Under the pieces are notes generated by a model that did no database searches, was not told the DNA's origin, and saw only the letters and a list, made by a program, of their open reading frames with translations. Of a DNA stretch of 64,000 nt, positions 1 through 8,921 are shown in pieces (the stretch's first letter is position 1; every line of letters starts with the position of its first letter). A program made the position numbers and the translations under genes. The stretch comes from Patescibacteria group bacterium (GTDB lineage: Bacteria > Patescibacteriota > Microgenomatia > Daviesbacterales > UBA10151). The stretch covers positions 37,032-101,031 of the forward strand of contig CALRFD010000002.1 in the NCBI GenBank assembly GCA_943356485.1, in the 5' to 3' direction.

Positions 1-195
1 CAGGAAATTGTACAGGAAAAGTTTAAGGAATCACCATACTATAAAATAATAAACACAAAAGGACCTGATCATGACAAAGAATTTACAGTAGGGGTATATA
101 TAAATGGCAAAGAATATGGAACAGGATCAGGATCAAGCAAGCAAGAGGCAGAAGAACATTCAGCAAAAGAAGCGTTACAAAAAATAGTTTCCTAA
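1..195 (+). CDS. rnc: Ribonuclease III, C-terminal dsRNA-binding domain (5'-truncated by window edge)
   Basis: Frame 1 translates QEIVQEKFKESPYYKIINTKGPDHDKEFTVGV...GTGSGSSKQEAEEHSAKEAL, a dsRBD motif; TAA at 193-195. Confidence 0.9.
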   Translation, partial: QEIVQEKFKESPYYKIINTKGPDHDKEFTVGVYINGKEYGTGSGSSKQEAEEHSAKEALQKIVS

Positions 196-211
196 GCAAT
201 TCTGATTTAAT

Positions 212-240
212 TTGACTTTACCTTCTATCTCTGATAAACT
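212..240 (+). promoter_or_regulatory. sigma70-type promoter for the 258-5057 gene trio
   Basis: TTGACT(212-217)-N17-TAAACT(235-240) with extended -10 TG. Confidence 0.6.
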
Positions 241-248
241 ATAGGGCG

Positions 249-803
249 ATTATTTTTATGAACGAATCTCAACCATTAAATATAGACCCATTAGCTCAAA
301 GAGAACAGGGGCTTAAAGAGCGTATCGGAAAAAAAGAAGCTCTGATTGAAAAAATCCAATCTCAAGGTGGACTTACACCTGCAACTGTTGCTGAAAGAAT
401 TAGACATCAAAGAGAGCTTCTCGTTGCCAGCTATATCAAAGGGACACTGGAGTTAGAACTGCAACCAAGACTTACAGAAATAACTACTCAGTTGGATTCA
501 GCTGCAAAAAAACTGGCTGAAAGCTATGAAGAAGAAAAAGCTCAGGCTGCCTTAGAGTTTGCAAAACTGGAAAGAACTGCCAAAAATACCAGCAGACGTA
601 CTCAAATTCCATATGAAGACTTAGTTGCTGAAGCCAGACAAGAGATTACACAACTGGAAGAAAGACCGCTCACAGACTCTTTACTGCAAAGAGGTATTAA
701 TTTGTTGAAAAAAGAACCAGAAGTATCCCAATCTGCTCCTGAAGAAGCTTCAAGGGAAGAAGTAAAAAAAGCAGAAGAGCCTGAAGAGGAAGAGAAACAG
801 AGG
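249..803 (+). repeat. Direct repeat copy 1 (5' part of the gene at 258)
   Basis: Identical to 2179-2652 over 249-722, then 4 mismatches up to 803 (offset 1930 bp). Confidence 0.95.
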
Positions 804-2165
804 AGAGATGAAGACAAAGCTGAGGATACAAGAAAAGTAACTTACGATAGAAAAACATATACAGTTACTTTACCTGATGGAATAGAAGTAAAAATCAATG
901 GCTCAATTCGGACTGCGATGGTTAATGCATTAATACAGGCATTTAAGGAAGAGCGGCTGCTTTCAACTAACGAATTAGCAGCTTTTATATATGGGAGTGA
1001 TGATGAAAACAGTATAAAAAAGATGCAAGTATTATTTACAAACGTACGTGCTATATTTGAAGAAAATAACTGGAGAGTAAATCAATTAACTACCCTCTCT
1101 GAACTCAGACAAGGTATACCTGCTCTCTATCTTTTAGAAAAGATTCAGGCTTCTAAGGACAATGAAGAGGATATACTTGAACCTACTCCGGAAACATTCA
1201 CTCGGGATGAGGCAATAATATTAGCTCGTCTGATTCTTAACTTTGATGGAACTAATATTGTTTATAAAGATGAGACGATTCTTACTGCAAAAATTGACCC
1301 TTCAATTTTAGAGATTGCAAGAATAGTAAGAGGTTTGCCCGGTGATGAAAATTACGTAGGATTAAATGACAGGGAAAAATTGGGAATAAGATCACAGGCT
1401 CTGGACAAATTAGGCAGAATATTGTCTGATAACGGATTGTTAAATGAGACTTTTAACTCTCAGACTGAAAGAATCCAAATACTACTGCTCTGGTTATTTA
1501 CAGAAAATCAGGACAGATACGGAGGTCTGCTAACCCAAATCCTAAGATCACAGGGGGACATAGTCAGTAATATAAATACAAAGAATCTGCAAGTAAGAGG
1601 TGTCCAAAGGAATATTCAAATTTCCCAAGAAAATGCAGCTTTATTAAGAGGACTGCAACAAAAGGCAAAAATAACAACTGCAACTGATTCTGACATTGAA
1701 ACCAAAGTAAGAGAAGAGGAAACGACTGAGGATATCGAAGAAATTGATGATACGGCCGATCCAATTACACAATCAAACAAGCCTTCAGATCCGGCCATAC
1801 AACCAACAGAAACAACCTCACTAGATCAATCAGAAGATGAATCAGAACAAAAATTAGGAATAAAGGATTTTACAACTGAAAATTCTAGGGTTATAGTAGA
1901 AATAAATAGGTTAGAGGCTCTCCTTCAGCAAGCTAGAATGCCGGACTCAGCTACAGGATATGCGTTACGTAATCTTGGTATTAGCCCAACATTTCTGCAA
2001 AAAGCAAAAGAAGAAGGCTACATTTCTTCTGTATCCTCTCTTAACAGAGTGGATATGGTCTTACTACTTATGAAAAAGTATCACGATTTGCGTAACTTAA
2101 CACCCCAAAGCGTAACTTGGTTAAAAAGAACTATCAATGAAACCCTGGCCAAAAGGGGACAATAA
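258..2165 (+). CDS. Hypothetical protein: coiled-coil N-terminus, acidic linker, OmpR/PhoB-like winged-helix domain, helical C-terminus
   Basis: 635-aa ORF; aa ~193-293 (YDRKTYTVTLPDG..LLSTNELAAFIYG..MQVLFTNVRAIF..LYLL) fit the Trans_reg_C pattern; no receiver domain. Confidence 0.75.
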   Translation: MNESQPLNIDPLAQREQGLKERIGKKEALIEKIQSQGGLTPATVAERIRHQRELLVASYIKGTLELELQPRLTEITTQLDSAAKKLAESYEEEKAQAALEFAKLERTAKNTSRRTQIPYEDLVAEARQEITQLEERPLTDSLLQRGINLLKKEPEVSQSAPEEASREEVKKAEEPEEEEKQRRDEDKAEDTRKVTYDRKTYTVTLPDGIEVKINGSIRTAMVNALIQAFKEERLLSTNELAAFIYGSDDENSIKKMQVLFTNVRAIFEENNWRVNQLTTLSELRQGIPALYLLEKIQASKDNEEDILEPTPETFTRDEAIILARLILNFDGTNIVYKDETILTAKIDPSILEIARIVRGLPGDENYVGLNDREKLGIRSQALDKLGRILSDNGLLNETFNSQTERIQILLLWLFTENQDRYGGLLTQILRSQGDIVSNINTKNLQVRGVQRNIQISQENAALLRGLQQKAKITTATDSDIETKVREEETTEDIEEIDDTADPITQSNKPSDPAIQPTETTSLDQSEDESEQKLGIKDFTTENSRVIVEINRLEALLQQARMPDSATGYALRNLGISPTFLQKAKEEGYISSVSSLNRVDMVLLLMKKYHDLRNLTPQSVTWLKRTINETLAKRGQ

Positions 2166-2178
2166 AACCAACTCAAAA

Positions 2179-2733
2179 ATTATTTTTATGAACGAATCTC
2201 AACCATTAAATATAGACCCATTAGCTCAAAGAGAACAGGGGCTTAAAGAGCGTATCGGAAAAAAAGAAGCTCTGATTGAAAAAATCCAATCTCAAGGTGG
2301 ACTTACACCTGCAACTGTTGCTGAAAGAATTAGACATCAAAGAGAGCTTCTCGTTGCCAGCTATATCAAAGGGACACTGGAGTTAGAACTGCAACCAAGA
2401 CTTACAGAAATAACTACTCAGTTGGATTCAGCTGCAAAAAAACTGGCTGAAAGCTATGAAGAAGAAAAAGCTCAGGCTGCCTTAGAGTTTGCAAAACTGG
2501 AAAGAACTGCCAAAAATACCAGCAGACGTACTCAAATTCCATATGAAGACTTAGTTGCTGAAGCCAGACAAGAGATTACACAACTGGAAGAAAGACCGCT
2601 CACAGACTCTTTACTGCAAAGAGGTATTAATTTGTTGAAAAAAGAACCAGAAACATCCCAATCTGCTCCTGAAGAAGCTTCAAGGGAAGAAGTAAAGAAA
2701 GTAGAAGAGCCTGAAGAGGAAGAGAAACAGAGG
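2179..2733 (+). repeat. Direct repeat copy 2 (5' part of the gene at 2188)
   Basis: Matches 249-803, including the sequence just upstream of the start codon (ATTATTTTTATG). Confidence 0.95.
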
Positions 2734-4032
2734 GCAGATGGTGATAAATCTAAAACTCCGGTTCCAGGTAAAAAGGAACTATCAAATAAGAAAGTATATA
2801 TAATTATTTTACCTGATGGCAGAAGAATTGAGACTAATTTCAAAAACGCGGCAAACCTCATTGCGGCAAACCTGTTAAGACCTTTAACTTCAAACGAACA
2901 ACTAACCGCTGTTTATGGAACGCTTGAGGAAATTAAATTTCCAAACCAGTTAGTAGGCAAAATTAGAAAAGAAGCTCAGGACATTCTTGAACAAAATGGT
3001 ATGAAAATGATTCAGCCAAACCCTTCAGATTCCCATCATGGCATTCAAAGACCCTTTGTAATTGTAAGCCAGGATTTTCAAATACCAAATATCTCAGTCA
3101 ACCTTGATAATAACCAGATTAGGCTTGATGGTAAAATACTAAATTTTGAAGCAAATAATACCAGGAGCTCTGCCAAAGCTTTACTTATTCATCTGGCAAG
3201 AAATGCAGCTTTTGCCATTTCAACTGAAGATCTTCTTAAAGTTGCAAAAGAAAATGGTTTTAGCGGAGACAAGACAGCTAAATTAATAAGCTCATTAAGA
3301 AGGCTCTTGGGCGATAACTTAAACCAACCTCAGATCATTTCAATCTATGGCAACAGAAACAGCTACAGTTATGGCTTAAACGCCAGGGTAGCAGTAACTG
3401 AAAAAGTAAACCCTAAACAAGAAATCACACATAAAGATACTGAAGGCTTAGACGAGCCAAAAGTTGTACGGACTATAAAACAAGGTCTGTTTCTAAATCA
3501 GCCTACAAATCCTGACCGGGTTAGAGCCCTAATAGCAATGCTTATGGAACCAAACATAGCAAAAACCGAAATCATAAAACTTATCGGAACTAATAAAGAG
3601 GGGCGGCCAATAGCTAATCTTGCCCGAGTCAGAAGAAGCCTTCTATCAGTAGCTACTTTGCTTGCTTCCAAAAATTACTCTGATACTTATTCACCAATAG
3701 CAACACCAGAAGAAAAACAGATCTGGAATAGTATAAAAGAGATAGTAAATATTGCAAGCGATAGAGAAGCAAGAAGGGAACTGGCTAAGAGGATAGACGA
3801 ATGGTTTAAGGATCAAAAGGGAGAAGCCCACCCAGCTAATGCTGAAACATATGTTCTCTTAGAAGAACAGTTTAAAAAACTAACCCAAGCAAGACTTAGT
3901 GCTGCAGGACTTGTTAGAGACGGCTTCCTTCAAGAATCCGATCTATTCGAAATTGATAAAGAGTTACTTTCAGTGGAAAAAAAGTTAGCAGAACAAGATT
4001 TTAAACGTGGTCTGATAAATCCGACAAACTAA
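2188..4032 (+). CDS. Paralog of 258..2165 with identical N-terminus and two winged-helix-like domains
   Basis: Start set at ATG 2188 by identity with copy 1; VNLDNNQIRLDGKIL..LLIHLARNAAFAISTEDLL..LISSLRRLLGD..PQIISIYG..SYGL is a typical OmpR-type wHTH. Confidence 0.78.
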   Translation: MNESQPLNIDPLAQREQGLKERIGKKEALIEKIQSQGGLTPATVAERIRHQRELLVASYIKGTLELELQPRLTEITTQLDSAAKKLAESYEEEKAQAALEFAKLERTAKNTSRRTQIPYEDLVAEARQEITQLEERPLTDSLLQRGINLLKKEPETSQSAPEEASREEVKKVEEPEEEEKQRADGDKSKTPVPGKKELSNKKVYIIILPDGRRIETNFKNAANLIAANLLRPLTSNEQLTAVYGTLEEIKFPNQLVGKIRKEAQDILEQNGMKMIQPNPSDSHHGIQRPFVIVSQDFQIPNISVNLDNNQIRLDGKILNFEANNTRSSAKALLIHLARNAAFAISTEDLLKVAKENGFSGDKTAKLISSLRRLLGDNLNQPQIISIYGNRNSYSYGLNARVAVTEKVNPKQEITHKDTEGLDEPKVVRTIKQGLFLNQPTNPDRVRALIAMLMEPNIAKTEIIKLIGTNKEGRPIANLARVRRSLLSVATLLASKNYSDTYSPIATPEEKQIWNSIKEIVNIASDREARRELAKRIDEWFKDQKGEAHPANAETYVLLEEQFKKLTQARLSAAGLVRDGFLQESDLFEIDKELLSVEKKLAEQDFKRGLINPTN

Positions 4033-4043
4033 ATAAACTTCAT

Positions 4044-5057
4044 ATGACAGTTGAAGCACCAATACAGCAGCTTGAAAGACAAAAAGCTTTAATACAGGGG
4101 AAAATTTCTTCATTGCAGGAAGTTAGTTCTAATATAACAAACCCTGAATGGATGCACCAAAAAATCCTTAAAGGATCTTCTAGTGCATATAAGTTAAGAA
4201 TTGACTTAGAACAAAGAAGAGAAAATCCTGTACAGTGGGCAGAAAACCTAGTACGCGCAGGAACCATCAAAAGAAACTTAAGTACTGTTAAACCCCGCTA
4301 CCAAATGAGATTAGATGAAATCAATTCCCAGTTGAATTTCGAACAATCTCCTGCAGGAATATTTATCCAAACATTCCCTATCGAAAGTCAACCCTTAATA
4401 AAAGACTTTTTAAAATCTGATGGTGGACAAAATATCATTGATATTATCAGGCAAACACCCAAAGTAAACCGCAATTTACCCGATTTTAGTCGTGCCGTTG
4501 CCGGATCTATTTTTGAACAATTAGCATATATCCATGTTAAACCAGAATATAATCGGGGAAATTTTATATTATTATCTCCTGCAGAAGTTTTCAATCTATA
4601 CAGACAGATGCTGCCAGAAAGAGCTGTTTTTGAAGGGTATGGACTGACATTAGGTCTCGTTAATACGACTATACCTGATGGTATACTAATTGAAGCTATA
4701 GGAAGCTTAATGGTTATAAGAAAATTATTTGAGTATAAATCCTGGGTTAAGAAACTAGGTATAAGACAAATGCTTCAATCCGTCGAACTTAGCTCAGTAG
4801 ATAGATTATCATATCACTTAACAGGAAGGGATCGCTTCACATATGAAATAAGACCTGAGATTGGTCCTATTCTACATTCAATTCGACCTGATATTCCTGC
4901 TGATGCAACCTTAACAATAGATCAAAATCTTGAGCTAATCTATGTAGCTCCCCAAAACTCTAATGTTCAAATTTCAAATATAGAAACAATCAAAATTCCT
5001 ATTGACTCCCATGACCTTTTTAAATTAATTAGGAATCTAACAAATGCTAGCCATTGA
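4044..5057 (+). CDS. Putative PD-(D/E)xK nuclease-fold protein with coiled-coil N-terminus
   Basis: Motifs GSIFEQLAY ... TIPDGILIE ... LFEYKSW; N-terminus weakly resembles that of the two upstream proteins. Confidence 0.55.
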   Translation: MTVEAPIQQLERQKALIQGKISSLQEVSSNITNPEWMHQKILKGSSSAYKLRIDLEQRRENPVQWAENLVRAGTIKRNLSTVKPRYQMRLDEINSQLNFEQSPAGIFIQTFPIESQPLIKDFLKSDGGQNIIDIIRQTPKVNRNLPDFSRAVAGSIFEQLAYIHVKPEYNRGNFILLSPAEVFNLYRQMLPERAVFEGYGLTLGLVNTTIPDGILIEAIGSLMVIRKLFEYKSWVKKLGIRQMLQSVELSSVDRLSYHLTGRDRFTYEIRPEIGPILHSIRPDIPADATLTIDQNLELIYVAPQNSNVQISNIETIKIPIDSHDLFKLIRNLTNASH

Positions 5058-5090
5058 TATTACGCATACTAATTTGTTAGAATGACCACT

Positions 5091-5546
5091 ATGCTAAAAA
5101 TAAGACTAATGCGAATCGGTGGAAGACAAAGACCTTTTTATAGGGTGGTTGCTGTTGATGAGAGGGCAAAAAGAACTGGTGGATATATTGAGCTTTTAGG
5201 AACCTATAATCCCTTAAGCGAACCTAAGGAAATTAAGCTCAAACAGGATCGAATCGATCATTGGGTTAAACAAGGCGCACAACTATCAGATGGATTTTTA
5301 AGAATTATCGGTAAAGCCAAACAGAGACTGCCAAGAAAACCTAAGAAGGAGAAGAAAACAGAAGGAAAGCCAGCAGGAGAACCTGCTCCGGTTGCGGAAG
5401 AGCCATCAAAAGCACCTGCAATTGAGGCAGCTCCTGTAGAAGAAACAATACCACCTACCAAAGATGAAAATCAAGCCCAGATTACCACAGAATCCCCGAA
5501 AGAGGATGCTGGAGAAAGCGAGACAAAAGATGAAGGATCTGCTTAA
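5091..5546 (+). CDS. rpsP: 30S ribosomal protein S16 with low-complexity C-terminal tail
   Basis: MLKIRLMRIGGRQRPFYRVVAVDER..GTYNP..WVKQGAQLS. Confidence 0.95.
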   Translation: MLKIRLMRIGGRQRPFYRVVAVDERAKRTGGYIELLGTYNPLSEPKEIKLKQDRIDHWVKQGAQLSDGFLRIIGKAKQRLPRKPKKEKKTEGKPAGEPAPVAEEPSKAPAIEAAPVEETIPPTKDENQAQITTESPKEDAGESETKDEGSA

Positions 5547-5793
5547 CTATATTGTTACAAGTTTAGTTACAAAACCTGATTCAGTTGTGATTGATGAGAA
5601 GTCGCACGATGGAGACGTTGATTTAGTCCTAACTGTTGACCCTATAGATATGGGAATAATCATTGGTAAAGGTGGACAGACAATAAGATCAATTAGAAAG
5701 CTCTTAACTGTTAGGGCTATCGCTGAAAACGTCAGGGTTAATATGCAACTAAGTGAGCCTGAAGGTAGTGACAAGAGTCAAGAATCCCGCTAG
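5530..5793 (+). CDS. khpA: KH-domain RNA-binding protein (KhpA/YlqC family)
   Basis: MKDLLNYIV..DMGIIIGKGGQTIRSIR; located between rpsP and trmD. Confidence 0.85.
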   Translation: MKDLLNYIVTSLVTKPDSVVIDEKSHDGDVDLVLTVDPIDMGIIIGKGGQTIRSIRKLLTVRAIAENVRVNMQLSEPEGSDKSQESR

Positions 5794-5808
5794 AGGCGAC
5801 TAGCCGCT

Positions 5809-6519
5809 ATGAGAATATCAATCATCACCTTATTTCCAGAAGTTTTTGAACCAATTTTAAATTCTAGTATTTTAAAAGCCGCTCAGTTAAAGAATAAAGT
5901 TTCAATAGAGCTCATTAATTTAAGAGACTTTGGAGAAGGTGTTCATAAAGTTGTTGATGGACGCGTATATGGCGGGGGAGTAGGAATGCTGTTACGAGCA
6001 GACATTTTAGCAAAAGCATTAAAAAGTATCAAATTTTCTCGATCGAAAAAAAATGAAATAATTTTGACTTCAGCTTCCGGCAAACCGTATAAACAGGCAA
6101 AAGCTCAAGAACTATCAAAACAGGATCATTTAGTTATCATCTGCGGCCATTATGAAGGTATTGATCAAAGATTTATTGATGCTTTTGTAAAGGAAGAGAT
6201 ATCTATTGGAGATTATGTTTTAACAGGGGGAGAGATACCTGCTATGGCTATTGTTGACTCTATCATAAGACTAATTCCCGGAGTATTAAAAGAAGAAGCA
6301 ACAAAAGAGGAGTCTTTCTCACCATATACAATAGAAAATAAACCATACACCTTATTAGAACATCCCCATTATACAAGACCGGAAATCTGGAACAACATGA
6401 AAGTTCCGGAAGTATTGCTTTCCGGCAACCACAAGGAAATTGCTAAATGGAGAATGGGAAAATCCCTGGAAAAAACAAAGAAGATACGGCCTGATTTACT
6501 TAAAGTATCAAAGGGCTAG
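5809..6519 (+). CDS. trmD: tRNA (guanine37-N1)-methyltransferase
   Basis: ITLFPE, YGGGVGM, CGHYEGIDQR, SIGDYVLTGGE, HYTRP, LLSGNH. Confidence 0.97.
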   Translation: MRISIITLFPEVFEPILNSSILKAAQLKNKVSIELINLRDFGEGVHKVVDGRVYGGGVGMLLRADILAKALKSIKFSRSKKNEIILTSASGKPYKQAKAQELSKQDHLVIICGHYEGIDQRFIDAFVKEEISIGDYVLTGGEIPAMAIVDSIIRLIPGVLKEEATKEESFSPYTIENKPYTLLEHPHYTRPEIWNNMKVPEVLLSGNHKEIAKWRMGKSLEKTKKIRPDLLKVSKG

Positions 6520-6527
6520 AATAAGCT

Positions 6528-7241
6528 TTATTCAAAAGGATTCGACTTGCCCAAGGGAACAGCTGATGTGTTAACTGAAGAAGGCTGAGCAGAAACAAAG
6601 TCAGTAGCCGGAGCAACACTCACAAGCTTTGCGACTAAATCTTCCTCTTTCTGGGACAGAACCGGTAAAGGAGAATCCACACTGCCAACAGTACTCGGAA
6701 CAGAAGAATATAATGCCTCTATTCCCATACTGACATCCGCTGACTCCGTATCCTTATTAGAAACCTCAACACTACTTACTCTAAGTATCCTGTTTGCATT
6801 TTCTATATTATTCAATAACACAGGAACCAAAAATTTCGGACCTATTACTTCCATTTTCAAAGCGTAACTTTGTGCATTCTTAGCAGATACATTACCTAAA
6901 TTAAGTGTAACAATACTAAATCCGAGTTGATTTGAGATGTTTTGCAGCAAACTTATAGAAGAACCAAAATCCTTATCCTGAGGGTATATATTTAATACTG
7001 AATTTACTTTCTTTGATAAATCGTTTTGATCAAAGTTTTCTAGAACTTGAGCTTTAGCCTCTAATAATTTAGATTTGTTAAATAAATCTCCTTCAATCTT
7101 TTGGTTACCGATAAGCTTGAATGTTTGCGGCAAAATAACAAAAATTATCAGGATTAAACTCGACAAGGCTACGATACCAGGAAAAATATAGAGCCTGTGG
7201 CTTAAATAAAATTTAATCAGATTTTCTTTTTTTATCTCCAT
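6528..7241 (-). CDS. pilO: PilO-like type IV pilus alignment protein
   Basis: N-terminal TM helix plus coiled coil; follows pilM-pilN. Confidence 0.65.
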   Translation of the reverse strand: MEIKKENLIKFYLSHRLYIFPGIVALSSLILIIFVILPQTFKLIGNQKIEGDLFNKSKLLEAKAQVLENFDQNDLSKKVNSVLNIYPQDKDFGSSISLLQNISNQLGFSIVTLNLGNVSAKNAQSYALKMEVIGPKFLVPVLLNNIENANRILRVSSVEVSNKDTESADVSMGIEALYSSVPSTVGSVDSPLPVLSQKEEDLVAKLVSVAPATDFVSAQPSSVNTSAVPLGKSNPFE

Positions 7242-7253
7242 ATTAATTGATTT

Positions 7254-7799
7254 CTAATTAACCTGAACCTTTAGGCTCAACCTATAGATTCCATCTCTAC
7301 CTCGATTCAGGCTATCCACAGAAACTCCGGCTATTTTCCCTTCATTAATGTCCTTACTGGTTAAACTATTGATTAAATTATCAAGAGAGGTAGAGTCTTG
7401 AGCAATACCTGTTAAAGCTACTCCTCCTGAGGGCTCAATCGAAAATGAGGTAACTGTAATAGCAGGAGGTATTAACTTGTCAATAAGTTTGTATATGGAA
7501 ACCTGTTTGGAAGAAACTCCAAGATATTTATCAATTATTGTTAATCTATTCTTCAGAACCGTTAATGAGACCTCTTTTCTTTTTAGATTTGAAACCTTTT
7601 GCTCTGACTCATCCAGCAAAACCTTTGCCCGATCTATGTTATGACTTTGCAGGATTCTAAGCGCAATCATAAGGGAGGCTAAAAAAACCATAGTGAGTAT
7701 AACTACTATACCTATCGCTTGCACCTTATAAAAATTAGCTTTTTTTGCCTCTGTTGTTATAAATTCAACAGGTAGTAAATTTATGGAAATTTTAGCCAT
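7254..7799 (-). CDS. pilN: PilN-like protein
   Basis: N-terminal INLLP motif, TM helix, follows pilM. Confidence 0.8.
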   Translation of the reverse strand: MAKISINLLPVEFITTEAKKANFYKVQAIGIVVILTMVFLASLMIALRILQSHNIDRAKVLLDESEQKVSNLKRKEVSLTVLKNRLTIIDKYLGVSSKQVSIYKLIDKLIPPAITVTSFSIEPSGGVALTGIAQDSTSLDNLINSLTSKDINEGKIAGVSVDSLNRGRDGIYRLSLKVQVN

Positions 7800-7806
7800 A
7801 TGATAT

Positions 7807-8844
7807 TTAATCCTCTCTTAATGCCAAACCTACCGCAACAGAGTAGGAAGGTGCGTCTTGCGCCAGTTTTGATACTGAGGCTTTGTCTTTAGCAATTGCA
7901 TACCAGGGATCTGCTTCTTGAACCTCCAGACCTAAGGCGTTTGCAAGGTAGATAACAAAACCAGGCATTTTCGCACCACCTCCAGATAAAACTACTCTTT
8001 TTATTGGATCCTGAGGATACTTTGCTTCAAAGGATTGGATTACCCTTCTCCCTTCACCGGCGATTATATCTATAATAGGTTTTAAAGCCTCAAAGACCTT
8101 GCCTTCCAATTGATCCTCCAGTAAACCATAGACTTTCTTATATTCCTCTGCCTGAGTTAATTCGAAATTAAAATGTTGGGCAAGCGAGCGGGTTAGGGCA
8201 ATACCACCTGTTGAGATTGATCTGGTAAGCCAAATAAGACCTTTTGATACTGTAGCAAAATCGGTTGTTGTTGCTCCCAGTTGAACTATTAAGCTACTAG
8301 GCGAAAAGGGATTATTTCCAACTAGTGATCTAGTAACTGCTATTATTTCTGTCTCTAATATTTTTGGGTGCAGATTCGCCATATTTAATACTTTGATGTA
8401 TTTTTCTACAGCATTTTTTGGTGAAGCAACCACCAATACGATAGTCCTTGTATTTTTATTTTTTCCATCCGCCCGAAAAAGAACCTGCCAGTTAAGATTA
8501 ACTTCCGCAATAGGCATCGGGATAAATTCCTCAGCCGCATAGCGGATAGCCTGAGCCAGTTCATTATCTGTCAGATATGGTAAATCATCAATAACTCTTG
8601 TAAAAACTTTTGATTCAGGCAAAGCTATATTTATCTCTTTTTGCTCAATATGGGTTGCCTCAAATAATTTCTTAATAGAAGTTGAAACAGCCTGCAAACC
8701 TATTTCCGAATCAGAAAGCATACCAGGTTGAGGACAGGGAATTGATCCCAGTGATACAAGTCGTGTTTGATCACCTTCTTTTGCTAAAGAAACAACCTTT
8801 ATTGAGGAAAAACCAATATCTAAACCTACAGAAATCTTTGCCAT
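7807..8844 (-). CDS. pilM: Type IV pilus assembly protein PilM
   Basis: VGLDIGFSSIKVV, LSGGGAKMPG, AVGLALR actin-like motifs. Confidence 0.92.
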   Translation of the reverse strand: MAKISVGLDIGFSSIKVVSLAKEGDQTRLVSLGSIPCPQPGMLSDSEIGLQAVSTSIKKLFEATHIEQKEINIALPESKVFTRVIDDLPYLTDNELAQAIRYAAEEFIPMPIAEVNLNWQVLFRADGKNKNTRTIVLVVASPKNAVEKYIKVLNMANLHPKILETEIIAVTRSLVGNNPFSPSSLIVQLGATTTDFATVSKGLIWLTRSISTGGIALTRSLAQHFNFELTQAEEYKKVYGLLEDQLEGKVFEALKPIIDIIAGEGRRVIQSFEAKYPQDPIKRVVLSGGGAKMPGFVIYLANALGLEVQEADPWYAIAKDKASVSKLAQDAPSYSVAVGLALRED

Positions 8845-8921
8845 ATGAGTAGTGGCTAGTCACTAGAGTCAAGAAACTAGGTAATAAAAGTGTACAATAA
8901 CCAGACTTCAAATTCTAGTCT

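Noticed and set aside
249-2733. Duplicated segment as a DGR template/variable repeat or an IS element
   Set aside because: No reverse transcriptase or transposase nearby, no adenine-specific mismatch pattern, no terminal inverted repeats
5793-5809. Missing rimM between the KH gene and trmD
   Set aside because: Absence from this window does not show absence from the genome
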